DNA of 62,436 nt, filler included, from Rhabdomonas costata (GCA_019059605.1; 34 parts of 34 records of this genome joined end to end with filler, not necessarily neighbours in it); one strand, 5' to 3'; counted from the first letter of the whole stretch, positions 47,716 to 61,616 are shown. Notes: a model not told the origin generated them from the letters alone. Translations and numbers: made by a program.

Positions 47716-48380
47716 ACCACCCCCCCCNNNNNNNNNNNNNNNNNNNNNNNNNNNNNNNNNNNNNNNNNNNNTTAATTAATTAANNNNNNNNNNNNNNNNN
47801 NNNNNNNNNNNNNNNNNNNNNNNNNNNGTGGGGGGTGGTGCGAAAGGTTGGAGAGAGCTGCTGTATCCTGAACGGTTGTTCCAGTCTCTGGCCCAGCGTC
47901 GTTGGATGAAGAATGGTTTTTCATTCGGCTAGCATTGTAACATTGGAGTCGCGGTGCTGCAGAAGAAAAAAATGGAGCGGAGAAGGGTAGAGCGGGTAGG
48001 CACCAGACGGGGAAAATCGAAATACAGAGAAGTCAGGGAACGTGGCTTCCTTAATGGAAGAGACATTGATACTTAATGAGCAAAGTGAGTCGAAGCTCAG
48101 TTCAAGATTGACCCTTCACACAAATTGGAAGACTGCCCAGTTTCCTTCCCGGTGCAGCGCGTCGTTCTGCATTTCTTGTGCCCAAAAGCTCTGCGCATCC
48201 GTCCGTCTTCGCAGAGGTCTATTCGTTTGTCATCTGTACTTCTACCCCTCCATCTTTGTTGTGTGTCTCCGTTGCCGTTGAGTTTACATGGAAATCACGG
48301 CCTAAGCAGTGCCTGTTCACTGCGTGGGGATATCCCATTCTCCCTTTGCCCTTGGGGCGGTGAGTGTGGGCCCAATGCAG

Positions 48381-49472
48381 GAGTGGCTGCAGGAGAGGGA
48401 GCTGGAGGGCTTGTACGAGGTCCTCCTCGAGAATGACTTCACCTCGGTGCTCGGCATTTTCACACCCACAACCAGCAACACAACCCTATACCGATGTGCT
48501 GGCTCGCTGACGCCTGTGGATACCGTTGCTTGCCGATAGGAAAAGCCCAAATGTGCTTTGGAGAAGAAAAGGCCTCCGCCACCAGGAAGGAGCCTAACAG
48601 AGCGAATCAGCAATGCAGCAGCGCCCATGATTGGAAAGCAGGTGCGCGATAAAGGCCGGGGACCCGAGGGGCAGAAGGGAGGTCACCGTGTGTGGAACGG
48701 TTGGCGGTGGCCACCAGCGCATGTACCCCTCTGAGTTGATATGAGTCGGCCACAGCGAGTCAGACAGCAACAAGGCGAATGCTCCCAAATCACCGCACAA
48801 CAATCTTTGTCGAACCTGTCGCGTCAGCGCCTGATGCGCGAAAAGGCGTCTTAAGCATATGCATAAACGGCGTTCCGGCATGTAAAGACTTTAAGGATCA
48901 GAGAATGCGGTATCCGTGCTTGTGTCGAAGTTTGTCAAAGTCGACTTTCTGAGTGCATACCTCCCTGATGAGTCAACCTTTGAAGCACGTGCCCCGCCTT
49001 TTTGATTACAGTTGTCGGCATTGGCTCAGCTTGAGGAGGATGATCTTGTTGCCATGAACATCAGGTGTTTGCCTTTTTGGATTACGCCTAGAGTGTTTTT
49101 GTACATATTTTGCGGTTTTTCTGTTTTCCCGGTGAGTGGCTATCGCGGTTGCCCTTTGCTGAACCGTTTTGTTTTGCCAGTTGACGCGCTAAGCACACAG
49201 TGCATTTGAGAAATGCAATAGTCTTGAATAGTCTTTCACACACTGGCCTGTTCGTTGGTATCGTCTTGGGAAGCAGGACCCAAAGGGACATACTCCGACG
49301 GAGTGGTGTTCCAGCAGAGAAAACTACATGCTATTTCCGATTTTGTCCCGGTCAGTGTATTTTGGGGACATGGATCTCAGGAAGGTGGGGACCCGCCGCA
49401 AGCTCCTCAACGCGGTGCAGGGCCTGCGCATCCAGGCCGTGGACAGTGCCAGGGCTCTGCCTGCCCTCGGAG
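48381..49472 (+). CDS. SAM-domain protein (exons 48381-48446, 49012-49064, 49381-49472)
   Basis: EWLQERELEGLYEVLLENDFTS/LSALAQLEEDDLVAMNIR/KVGTRRKLLNAVQGL is a complete SAM pattern across in-frame GT-AG introns. Confidence 0.88.
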
Positions 49473-49942
49473 GTGTGACCACTCACCCCTATCTCTCCCA
49501 CCACCCCACCGCCACCACACACACACACATCAACAAGTTTGCTCGTTTGCTCGTCCCCCTCCGCANNNNNNNNNNNNNNNNNNNNNNNNNNNNNNNNNNN
49601 NNNNNNNNNTTAATTAATTAANNNNNNNNNNNNNNNNNNNNNNNNNNNNNNNNNNNNNNNNNNNNGTTGGGTGGGTAGCATCAACACACCACCAAATATG
49701 AAACCCAACCTGGCAATCTAGATTAAGTTCTGAGGTCAAGCCAGGTCTCCGATCTGGTCCGGTCCGTGAGTGACCTTTTCTCATCAATCAAATTGTGAAG
49801 TGAGAAGAGGTGTAAGGGAAAGGTTTGACAGAGGAGGGAGGAGAGTGAGAGAACGAGAACAGTGGACGAGTGAACGAGAGAGAAAGCGTACGGAAACGGA
49901 AGGGCAACGGGTAACGGGGGATGGGTCGAACAAGAAGACAAC

Positions 49943-51303
49943 CTGCAGCCTCAGGGCTCGGTCTTCCTTTAGAAGAAATTCAAAAGCTCTGTGAAAAACA
50001 GAAACCGGTATGCATTCGTACAAAAAGTGGTGATGCAATGTTTTTATCAATGCGCTGTGTGCACATTTGCATCAAGAGACGCAAGCCTTCACCACAGCGC
50101 CAGAGCCAAAAATAAATACCAACAACAAACCTACCACAGAGTACATCCAAATCCTATTTGCAGGCAAGTCGAAGGCATTGGTTCCGGTCCATTGCTTGTC
50201 CCTTTTGCAAACGGGGGAAAGCTCACACAATCCCAATCCAACAGTATCTACCCCCGAAAAAAAAGCTCTGCAACGTGCTTTCCAATCAGTGCTTTGGCCA
50301 ACAAGCGCGGCCCCCGCCCCCTTTGGCCACACCGTTGCGGGTCTCCCATGGTGGTGAAGAACCTTCCACAGGCCCGGTACACGTCGGAATTGTCCGTGTA
50401 GGTGCCGTGCACACGGCCCACGAATTGCTCCACTCTGGCCCGCAGTGCGACGGCGGCGGGTCTGGGGAGTGCAGAGCTGGGCGGCCCCTCGGGCGAGGGC
50501 TCACCCGTCGCCGGAGCCTCCTGAGAAAAATCGACTTCGCCCGGTGCTCAAAGTGCAGACCTCCAACATCCAACATACCCACACTCGCACTCAAAGGCAC
50601 CATCTGAAAGTTCACAAACCGCAAACTTCATGAAAACAAATGATGCCTAAATCCAAAGTCCAGTGAACAGAACACGAGAAATATAAACAGCACATAAGAA
50701 AAATGAAGTAAACAGCCACCTGGTGGTCACGAAGCCTTCCAACAGCACCGTTAATGTGTATCTGTTTGGTATCCCAGATTGATGGCAGGGAAGCAAAGCG
50801 TTGCAACGTCCGAAACAGCCAATAGGAGAGAAGGAAGGGGAACGGAAGCCTCGTTCACACCCCTTGAGCACTGCTCGCGGGTGCTGCGGAAGAAGACTCA
50901 GCTTCGGCTTTGAGCACACGGTCGGCCAGGCCTTGCAGCAGAAAGTCCAGCTCATCGAACTGAACCTTATATCGGTGCCCTGAGAAAAGAGTAATTTGGC
51001 TTGGTTGGTTTGCGCTGTCTGTGCGTGGGCCTGTTTCCCTATTGTATGCCCATCAGCAAGCGTGGAAAATCGCAGAAAAGAGTTGCTTGGTATTGCTAAA
51101 CCCACTCGGCGCCCCAGTTGGCATTGCCGCGCGTCGCAATGGTGCTGCCCAGCCTCGCACCTGACAGGGAGAGCAGCTCCTGAAAGTCAGACATCCCAAT
51201 GTCAAACTCTTTCAGCTCCAGGGCGATCCTGAAGTGGTTCTCGCGAACTCTCCACGAGCCCTCGACGAACTTCAGGCACATCCCCACGGCGTGAAGCGCC
51301 TCT
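49943..51303 (-). CDS. TPR protein, TTC27/Emw1-like C-terminal region (exons 51303-51161, 50979-~50861, 50520-50333, 49988-49943)
   Basis: EALHAVGMCLKF...WRVRENHFRIALELKEFDIGMSDFQELL resembles the TTC27 TPR motif WxIWEN. GT-AG junctions keep the frame. Confidence 0.65.
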
Positions 51304-52564
51304 CTGCGCAGACATAGGGCCCCAGATGGGACAACAACCAGCCTCACTTCACGAGCAACTACCAACCAGAATACTTTCAGCTCAAGCTCTTGCACAACAA
51401 CAANNNNNNNNNNNNNNNNNNNNNNNNNNNNNNNNNNNNNNNNNNNNTTAATTAATTAANNNNNNNNNNNNNNNNNNNNNNNNNNNNNNNNNNNNNNNNN
51501 NNNAGCTTTCCACCAGCACATCACAAAGGTGTTTTATAAATCTTGGCTGTGCTTCTCCGTCACCTCCGACCTCTGTTTTTCCTCTTTTCACGCACTTGCA
51601 CCATATTTTTTGGAGCTGTGAAATTGTATTGGCATTGGCATTATATGCCCCCAGCTGTGCTTGGATTTGTCGGATACTTCGCTTTCAATGGCGCGCAGTG
51701 AAGCTTTTTTTCAGTTTACTGTGGTCGCCTTATCTTTGCTGTTTTTCTTGTTTTGCTATGTTTTAGGTATTCGCAGAAAACTTCATCCACAGAGGACCGG
51801 GATCTCATCCGTAAGCAGGTTTATTTGTATTATGATGATATTTCTTTTTTCCGGGTGAATAAGGGATCTGATTTCAAAAATGTGTGTTCCTTTCTCAGAT
51901 CTTTGAGCTTCGGCGGTGCAATCTGCAGTTACTAGCAAGGAATGGGGCGCTTGTCGAGGAAAGGCTTCTGAGTGGCAAGCGGTAGAGCCGGTTTACACAT
52001 ATGGCCGTTTTGATTACGTGTGTCTGTTTTTCTTTGTGGTGCTGATGGGTTTTTATCGGCGTGTTCTTGCCTTGTAAAACGTGCCTTTTTGTAAAATGAT
52101 GTGAAAATCTTTGGGGTGCTACAGGTGTGTTCGTTCTGTCATCCGGTTTGCAATGTATCTGTTTTCGCATCATCTTATACATGAGAATGGACACTTCTTG
52201 TGGTACCTGTTGCCCTGTGGCTGCAGCTGCAGCTCGCCCGAGAAAGATGCTGTCGCCGTCGGATGTTTTGAGGAGGCTCTCTGTCGTATTTGGAAAGTCA
52301 GGAAGTGATGCATGAGACGCATCCGCAAAACTCTCCTGTTCTAACAGTTTTTCAATCGATGACTATAACATTTCGTCAACTTCTTTGCATCTCACGTTGA
52401 ACTATTGCTTGCTAGCATTCCTATCATGCCCATTTTTGAGACGCTCATTTTGTGGGGATCGTTCTTTTGTTGGGGTCCTTTTTCGATCTGTACTCGCGCA
52501 AACTGTTTCCCGGTTTCCTATCTGCTGTATTGCTATATTGCAGCAATTTCTTTATTTCGTGGCA

Positions 52565-52925
52565 ATGGACGGCAACATTCGCCCGTCCGAGTTGGAGCGC
52601 AGTGGGGTGCTTACCATGGCTCTTTGCATGCAGCGTTCCAGGGCTGGCCATCACCGTATCCCACCAGAGCTGCAAGTTCTGGTGCAGCAATACTTTCGAT
52701 ATTTTAACGGAAAACTAATTGCCGTAATGTCCCAAGTGCACTCCAAGGAGATTTTGTGCATGACAATTGCCCCGGGAGATGAGAACCATCCTGAGCTGCT
52801 GTTTACTGCTTCAGCGGACCACTCCATTTCTAAGTGGTCTGCTGACGGAGTGTTCCTGCAGCGCCTGACAGCGCATCGAGACCCTGTCAAAAGCTTGTCT
52901 GCCTCCGCCACTCACCTCATTAGCG
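52565..52925 (+). CDS. WD40-repeat protein with an F-box-like N-terminal motif, first exon
   Basis: RIPPELQVLVQQYF is F-box-like. HSKEILCM...LFTASADHSISKW and AHRDPVKSL are WD40 repeats. Confidence 0.75.
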
Positions 52926-53533
52926 GTTTCTGTTAACGCCAACCCCCACCCCGTGCTTTCCGCTCGTGTGGTATCCTATACCAGTGTTTCCGACCTTTTG
53001 AAGAACTTTTGATTCTATTGGCCATGCTCATGGTGGCAAAGGCCCGGGATCACATACTGCTAGACGTGCTCAGGAGTTATTTCTTAAATTATCGGCGATC
53101 TTCGAAGGTTTTGTGGAACCTAGTGATTACTCACTCATTAAGGAATACGGTGGTGCTTTTTTTCCTCTGTCGATCAAATGTATGGCGGCGAGGCGCGTTT
53201 TTCAAAAGGTCGGAAACACTGGTATAGGATACCACACAACANNNNNNNNNNNNNNNNNNNNNNNNNNNNNNNNNNNNNNNNNNNNTTAATTAATTAANNN
53301 NNNNNNNNNNNNNNNNNNNNNNNNNNNNNNNNNNNNNNNNNGGTGGTTGTGGAATTTTCATTGAAAAGTGTGCGCCGGACTTGAACACTGGACTTGTGTG
53401 TGGAACGATAAATCTAAATCAGTATTTTCTTTGTGATATCAGACCGCTCGTAGTTGGAACATGGAGTGGACCAGCATAGGGTTCTCAAGGTGGCTGCTAG
53501 TTGAATAGCGATTGTACTAAACAGGTTCAATAG

Positions 53534-53668
53534 GCAACCAGAGACTTGCCGGAGTTTTTGGGTGGGGATGCGCAGGAGGCTGAAGAGCGTGTGGAGAAAC
53601 TCGCTCAGGATGGTGACTTCCGGGCCGTCTATGGCCACACCCCGGCCCAGCTGAAGGAGATGTTCGGG
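53534..53668 (+). CDS. Exon of a hypothetical protein
   Basis: Open frame between a TAG acceptor and GTATCC: ATRDLPEFLGGDAQEAEERVEKLAQDGDFRAVYGHTPAQLKEMFG. Confidence 0.5.
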
Positions 53669-55299
53669 GTATCCCTGAAAAACCGCTATCTCTTTGCCCT
53701 GGATACGGACTTGTGAACCAGCGGTGCGGGTGGGGGGCAAGGCGAGAGCCACCCCCCGCTTGTGTCCTCTGACGTGTTGGATGGATGCTGCACATTTCTG
53801 TGTGTTCCTGTGTTTGCGTGTGTGTGGCTGAGACGGATTCCATCGTTTGCCTCTTCCTCTTTCACTGTACTGGCGGTTTTCCAGGCTCGTTCTCGATGTG
53901 AAGATAAATATAACCGGATTAATATAATGTATAACCGGTTTATAGGGTCTCGCCATGGAGTATGTATAAGTACAAGTTTGCTGGGTTGAGCTGAGCAAAT
54001 AGTATTGCAGGTCGCTGCTCACCTCTGCATGTTAAGGCTTACTGATTTTATGGTTCATATGCCAGAGTTCTGACATGATCCTTCCATTGCCACTGAAGCC
54101 CGTTCTGTACGTAAAAAGTTGTCACCGTGATGTCGGTTTAAAAACAACAGCAAGGCAGACCTGAAGCTGGTCTCCACTGGTCTACTCTCCGCAAGGCTGG
54201 ATCAGAGCACGTGTCTCTGGTTACAGATGAAGTTGCATACCAGTGCGAGGATGCGTATTTTTTAGGGATAGCTCACGTGCTCGCGTAAAGTACTCTTGTT
54301 TGTGCAGCACCCAAGCGCCCAGGGTTGACTTATTTAAAGAAAAATGAAAATAATTTATCCGGGCCTTGGTGCCGGTGACGCGCTCGTTTGCGTTTGAAAA
54401 ATGCAATACCCGCTATCGGATAAATTACTTGATTTGCAGCGCCACCCTGGATGAGCAAGGGAGATATTATAAAGAGTTGTGGGTAGTAGCATCAGTCCAT
54501 GAGTCCAGTAGAAAAACAGAGGTTTTCAGTGCAAATGAAGTTGCAGGTTTTCACATTTTTCTCCGTTTTGAAACCTCGGGAACAGCACTTCTCCGGCCGC
54601 ATGCCACACAACGGAACCATCAATTGGGCACCTTCCCCCCCCCCCCGCCCACTCCCCGCGTTTGCGAGCCCGTCTGCTCCCGCTATTTCCTGTGCCTCCC
54701 ACTTGTGAGGACTTTGGACATCACCGAGGTCACAAAGCCTGCATTTGGTCCCGTTTTGAGTTTATGCGCGTCTTGAGGAAGTGATGGGTTGGACGACGAG
54801 TACCATAGCTGGCAGAACTCAGAACGCAATGTGCATGTGTATGGTCATTCGGCTTTGCTTAGTACTTTGTGCGAACAGTATTCCGTTTGATCAAAGTGGG
54901 GGCTATTCAACGAACGTACACGAACATAACTGCCCTGAGTCAAACAAGGTCGCGTGATCAACAGCAGACAGCGGAAAATACAAAACACAGAAACGGAGCC
55001 CGCGGCCATGAAAGCGAAAAGTGTGCCAAAAGGAAACAATACATTATAGAGGCACGAGGCAAAGAGAAAACAAACAACANNNNNNNNNNNNNNNNNNNNN
55101 NNNNNNNNNNNNNNNNNNNNNNNTTAATTAATTAANNNNNNNNNNNNNNNNNNNNNNNNNNNNNNNNNNNNNNNNNNNNGTTGGTTGGGGCGAACTAAAA
55201 GCTGGCTCCGCATTATTTCTGCTTATTCGAGGGACTGGGGTGAGGTAAGGTAAGGTATGGCTGAGGTTTGTGTGTGTGTGTGGGGGGGGGCAGGCCCAC

Positions 55300-56763
55300 C
55301 TGAATGACGCTGGAAGGTAGGGCAGCAAGCTTCCGCAATCCGCCAGCAACACCAATCAGCTGCGAGGCGATGGCCGTGCCCACAATCACACTGAGAAGTG
55401 CGATCAAAAAGCTAACCTCCATCCAATGAAGGGGCAGGTCAGGTACGAGTTCCGTCGGGCACCTCCCCCGCAACGCATACTAGGTATGACAGACGTCAAA
55501 CGAATAATACCAGACATTTTTTTTTCACCGCGACTACGCAGATCAACTCAAATACGCAAAAACAGGGAATCCTTGCGTGTTGCATTTCCTGTAAAGCGAA
55601 AAAAGACTTGCCGATGCACCACATCAACGACGTTGGAAAGTAAAAAAAACCCAAAAAAAAGTATGAAAACCGCTATCGGTGGCTCCGTCAGCCGCTTCAT
55701 CTGGCTTAGGTGATTCTTATTGAGTGAATATTACTCAAGCAAATGGGAAATCTCCACCCCCAGTAATTATGCAGAGACCTTGAACCCACGCGGAGGAGTG
55801 GGGAGCAGCAGCAAGCCTGAGGTTGGGTGCGACCACGGCCATCCTGCTCTGAACGTACTCCAGAATGATCTGCTTGGCCTCGTCGAGCTGCAGCATCTCG
55901 TCGCAGCCCTCAATCACGCGGTCCAGCTCGTCCTTCTCCAGGGGTTTGCCCACAGTGGTCGAGCCCGTGACGTTCACCACCATGATGGTGTGCGGGGGGA
56001 TGAATGGGGTCAGGTCCACATTGGTCGTGTCCTGATTTCCAGGCAGGGCACATTACCACAAGATTCGGCTTAATGCCGAGAAAACGCGGGCGTGGTCCCC
56101 CACAGGACGGGAATATGATAAACAGAGATGAGGGGAACCCTTCCTTCTCTTCATCGGTTCCTGCCCAACTCGCCACAACATCGCCTCGAAGAATTAAATT
56201 ATTACCTCAGGCAACGCCCCGCTCAGCCACTCGCACCGGCCGCGTCGCGGGCAGGCCTCCACTCCTCAACTGACACTGATACTGTCCTTTTCATTGGAAA
56301 AGACCAACGGAATGGCAAAGCCTCTTGCAGTTCTTGCAAGCGGAGATTGAGACCGCCCTGGATCCCCCCATATTTGTTTGTGCTTATTAATACCATGGTT
56401 CATCCGCTTCGCGAGCTTGGCAAAGAATCGTTTTCTTCATGGACTGTGGTGGTATCGTATAACGCCGGTATGCCGCTCCTCCCAATAGACCACCCCTTGA
56501 ACTAAAACTGGCGAATCGCTTGTGCACGGAGAGTAAAGGCTCAACGCCGCCAATGGTTTATTTTAACCTCATTCTACGCGGGCGATTGAAAAACGGGAGG
56601 TGCAGTGAGAGGGGGGAGGATGAGGAGGAACCATCTCGTTGCCCAGCGCCTTCACCACCTTGGCATACTCAATCGGGTTCAGCACGAGAGATTCCAGCTC
56701 AGGGAACTTCAGATTGTAGTGGTCCTTCAGAAACTTGTGCACCCGGCGAATCTCTGTTTCAAT
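55300..56763 (-). CDS. PRP31: U4/U6 snRNP protein Prp31 fragment (exons 56763-56632, 56031-55817, 55390-55300)
   Basis: HKFLKDHYNLKFPELESLVLNPIEYAKVVKALGNEM/D...IMVVNVTGSTTVGKPL...YVQSRMAVVAPNLS/VIVGTAIASQLIGVAGGL...LPSSVIQ. Confidence 0.95.
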
Positions 56764-58377
56764 CTACAACCCCGCAAAGGGACACCCCTCCTCTCATGAA
56801 AAGCAACCACACAAACTAACAAACTATTCCGCACTGGCACCCTCCAACACACCTATCAAAAAGCAAAGTTAGACGCAGCAGGAAAACAGGCAACACAGGG
56901 CGTCCATCAAAAACCACNNNNNNNNNNNNNNNNNNNNNNNNNNNNNNNNNNNNNNNNNNNNTTAATTAATTAANNNNNNNNNNNNNNNNNNNNNNNNNNN
57001 NNNNNNNNNNNNNNNNNTCGTGTGATTTCGGGTTGATATTTCAGTGTGTGGGTTTGTGTGTGGTATGGTGTGTGTGAGTATAGGGGACAACCACCAAAAC
57101 TCACTCAAAACCGAACGCTACGAATTCTGACACCCAACCACCCATGCACCATGACACACACACACAACATCCACACACAAAGAAGCAAAGAACATTCAGA
57201 AACCAAAACGAATACCACGCCCACCTGCACATACTACATGCACTAAGGCAACCCAGTAACAACATACGCTCAAACCACCATATACCGGCACCAACAACTC
57301 CCACGCCTGACACCCAATGCACTTACAACGCCCAATTGTACCACCTATTTCAAAACCAATTCCAACGCCAAGATTGCGAACCTCACAACCCAGGACTCAG
57401 AATTCCGCCACCATGCAACGAAGCCAAGACAAAGGCCACGATACCTAGAGAGACCGAAACACGTCCCCAGAGTCAATGTTGGATGTTGCCCCCGCCTCCC
57501 AACATACCCGGGGAAAGAGGGGGGGGGGGGTCAACAGATGGGGGAGGCCCACAGTTTTGATAAATGTTGTAGATAAACACCATTGGGAGCATTTTCTCCA
57601 GGTACTGTATTTGGTAGCGCATGACACGGGACTCGTGGAGGTGACGGACATGACCTCATTTTCATGTCCGTTGTCCCGACAATCCGAATGTTTAGGATGT
57701 CTATGCACCCCCCCCCAAGTGTGGAGAAAACACTTTCAAACGACTTTCCTGAGCTTTCGACCTTGTTTACCCCCAGTATTTTAAATTTTGCGCAAAAAGT
57801 GTTCAAGGTCAAAGCTTTCTCTGCTCAGTAGGAAGGTTGCACCGCTATGTTCGAGTGGGAACTCTACCGCAATCAGACTGCCGCTGTCCTGTCTTAGCCG
57901 CGGGTTCCACTGGGAAGAGCCCTTTCGTGAAACCCTTCCCTCATCACCAACAGCACACGCACACATTTGAAAAAATTGGAATATTCGCCGAAGCGGAAAA
58001 CCAACGACAAGCAGTGGGCCACCGGAGCCACCTTTGGTGTCCACCGGGTGCAGTTGACGGAGAGGTGCAAACCGCGGACTGCAGAGCTTGTCCGTATTTT
58101 CGAGTGACCTCAGAACTCCTTTCGTACGGGGCTGCGCAGCCATTACATTCCGCAGTCCTGAGCGTCGTATTCAGTGCCAGGGTGTTCATTGCTGAAGTGG
58201 CAGCACGAAGTTGCTCCGAGGCACCGATGCGGTAGATAGGCGGAACGCCTTAGCACAAAAAAAGACCACAGCTCTTCGTGAAACCTGATAAAAACGAATG
58301 AAAACGATTGAAAACGATTGAGTGACGGAGCAAGCCTCAACTGTCGCATGAAAATCCGACACATCTCACCGCCTTAG

Positions 58378-58569
58378 GTATCCCTATGATGGTTCTTGAG
58401 TGCATCGTGCCCATGACCGACCTTCAGTATGCGGTAACAGCCGACGTCTACGCGAGCACATATGAGGTTAGTGCAATACTGCTCTCGCTGATTGCCAACC
58501 CCGCGGACCGCCTGTTCTTGGTCTTCGCTTTGCCCTCGGGGTACCTCATTGGGGCGAGCCATGGAAAGG
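58378..58569 (+). CDS. Exon, possibly from a Cache-like sensor domain
   Basis: AG/GT-bounded frame ...VTADVYASTYEVSAILLSLIANPADRLFLVFALPSGYLIGASHGK. Confidence 0.45.
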
Positions 58570-61492
58570 TACAGCCTTTGAACTGGAGAGATTTTCCCAA
58601 TTTCTCGTAGATGCTCATTCGCTTCCCCAGCTACCTGGGATTCCGTCCGTCAATTTGTTGTGGCGCGTATCTTCAGAAAAAGAGCGAGTGATAGAGAGAG
58701 AGAGAGAGAGAGAGAGATTACCTTTGTCTGGCTGATCCTCAACCCCCCCCACAACACCNNNNNNNNNNNNNNNNNNNNNNNNNNNNNNNNNNNNNNNNNN
58801 NNTTAATTAATTAANNNNNNNNNNNNNNNNNNNNNNNNNNNNNNNNNNNNNNNNNNNNGGTTGTGGGTCCAGAGTTGAGATGTAACAGACTCCCAATACC
58901 ACTGCCGAGAAGCGTTACTTGGCAGGTGTAAACGCGTCTGTGGTGGCCAATTTACAGAATAGGTATGAGACTTCTTTGTGTGCTATGATAAGTATTCCAC
59001 ATATTTAGAGAAGGCGCGAAAAGATACTGCAGAGCTACTTATTAGTAGATGTTATGGAGTGGTGGTAAGTACAACAATGTTAATGAATACACCGAAGTAG
59101 ATTTTAGATTAGTATGATAACATAAATAAAATACGGAGATCACGAGTCTAGTTGGTATTCTGTAGAAGAAAAGAGTTTAGATGGCTAATGGTGATGGTTT
59201 CACAATGATATACACAGTTCTAGACCATGAGTACAATTTAACCAGTGTTGGGTGATTATGCCATTGTGATGTATGTGATGGAGGTGGTTGAACAGATAGA
59301 GTGGTAGGTTCTGATTTAAGACCGGGAGAATATAGAGGGGTTTCTTAATGATGTTTTAGAGGAAAAATTCTTCCAGAGAATTGTTGTCACAGATTCCAGG
59401 TACAGCGAAGCTGGTGACGTATATACCTCTAGCCACGAATCTCCGTTCACAGCCCACAGTTACATATATGTTTGTAGATATTTCGTGACAGATAAAATTG
59501 GTATGCGACCGTGGATTGAAATCACCAGGTGAGGTATTTCACTTGAGCCGCAGTGACAGGTGCGTCCATATCCACGCCATTGTTCTCCACGTGCAGTTAC
59601 CAAGGCGGATCCAGAAACTGTTACAAATGTACAACATTCGGTTGCATAAACTAAAAGGGAGCTTAGCAAAGCCCCTGATAAGTTGGCAGTTCCATACCGG
59701 AGGCTAAGTTTCACAATCCCAATGCAAGTCAAAAGATCACGATTGAAGTGATTTTCACAGAAAACATAACGTAATCATCCATTCTTACACATGCGGAAGC
59801 GCTCAAGAAAGTTGGTTAGAAGACTCTTAATGTGGTTGTTGGTGACCACGCGAAGGTAAGTCTGTGTTGAGGAAGTTTTGGAAATTAATGGATGCAGGCG
59901 GATGTTCCAGGTGTGGATCCACACCACCAGCCACTTTTTCCACCGTTACACAGAAAGGACAATCGGGGTCATCAATGACAGTACCATGTGAAGCAGTTGC
60001 AAAGACCAAACCATCAACAGTTCCATAGTCATACGCATGATGAAGGAGAAATACGGAAACCACAATATGGAGCGTTGCCAAAAAAAACTGATGCAGAGTA
60101 TTGAAAAATTTGCAGTAATTGGTTCCAGGTGATATCTTTGCAAGGAGATAACATGTTAACATGTGTCACAAGTATATTTTCTTGCTGCAAGCTTTGGTTT
60201 CAAGTGTTAGAAGCAATGGTGATTCGCCCATGAGGTATTTATGTTTGACTATAGAGACAAGAGAAAAATGACGGAGATGCCTAGCTTTGTAGCTTTTACC
60301 TGTAAAATAGGTAAACAGCTTTCTAATTACAAGCAACAAGCACCACAAAAATCAAAATACACACAAATGGAGCTCAACAAAAAAGCATCTCTAAAGCATT
60401 TTCAAATATATTTTTTGTGATTTCTCTGCTGTTCTCTTCAACTCGGCGTTGAAGAACACCGAGTTTTCCTCCTTTAATTCTTCATCTTCTCGCTGTAAAA
60501 TTTTCCACTCTGCAGGATCTTTATCTCGTCAATCCTCGCTTAGCAGAAACACAACAAAAGCAACTGCACATTTGCATAGATGATTGCATTTANNNNNNNN
60601 NNNNNNNNNNNNNNNNNNNNNNNNNNNNNNNNNNNNTTAATTAATTAANNNNNNNNNNNNNNNNNNNNNNNNNNNNNNNNNNNNNNNNNNNNTCACGATC
60701 ACCAAAGCATAATACATTGCGTTTGGAAGGAATGGAGGACGGTTTCCCATCATCCCCTGTTAACGATGGTGATGGTGTCTTTCTGAACTCACGCCCTTGG
60801 GACTTTCTGCATTGTCTGTCTGCTGCTTTCTCTGAGCCAGGAGAAAGTAGGCATTGTTTCCGATCGCTAGAATTTTTAAGCTTGTGAAGTTTTGCCCCAG
60901 AAGCAGGCTGTCAAGCAGGGTTCCTGTGGGGGTTTCGTGTTGCTCACAGGTTCAGGAGGCTTGCGGAAGCCCCGGCTGTCGTCTTCTCGCGATGGGCAAC
61001 CATTTCGGGTGCACGCACTGCGCACTGCCTGTGACTTTGCCCACTTGGTGGGTGCATTCTCAGCATGATTGCATCGAAACATTCAAACACTGAACTGTGT
61101 TGTCAGATTTCCCACGTTGAACTTTGAGGATTTGAGGGTGGGGCTCTTCGCTGACATGAACTTTTCTTTGGACTTTCAAGTGTCCCACGTTGAACTAAAG
61201 GCCTGCTTTGGGGCGGGGGTTCGAAACTCTTGACAATGATTGACTGAATTGAAATTTGAGAATTGTTAACTTCACACCTCTCATCACCTATGAAGTGAAG
61301 TTGAAGTTGAAGTTTGTATAACTATGACCTCAGTTTTTTGACATGCGTGTTTATAATGAAAGCAAAATTGATTCCCCACGAAACTGACACCTGCTTTAGA
61401 ACTTGCAGACAGGCTTCGCACCACCGTTGTTTTTGGGTGTGGTGGGTGCAAGGTCGTCCCACAGCCCGCTCTGGAGTTCGACCCCACCCCAG

Positions 61493-61616
61493 GGCTGCAA
61501 GCTCTGAGCCAGATGCAGAGCCAGCTGCAGCGGCTGTCGATGGCCGTGCGCCGCGAGAAGGCCCAAGGCCACGAGGGCCCCACCCCGCCGGAGCCTCGCC
61601 CCAGCGCCGGAAAGGG
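61493..61616 (+). CDS. Exon of a hypothetical protein
   Basis: GC-rich frame LQALSQMQSQLQRLSMAVRREKAQGHEGP... between CCCAG and GTAC. Confidence 0.45.

Noticed and set aside
48944-48955. ACTTTCTGAGTG resembles my recollection of the 5' half of the Euglena spliced-leader exon
   Set aside because: The T-rich 3' half and GT donor are missing. It sits in an intron and overlaps the palindrome AAAGTCGACTTT.
57090-57460. Strongly A/C-skewed His/Thr/Pro-rich frames
   Set aside because: Low complexity. It may be decayed retroelement DNA like 9198-9800, but no motif supports a call.
1741-60692. Regularly spaced TTAATTAATTAA as a CRISPR-like or biological repeat, and gene neighbourhoods across spacers
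   Set aside because: It is embedded in fixed N44 runs and is an assembly linker, so no operon or system can be inferred across contigs.
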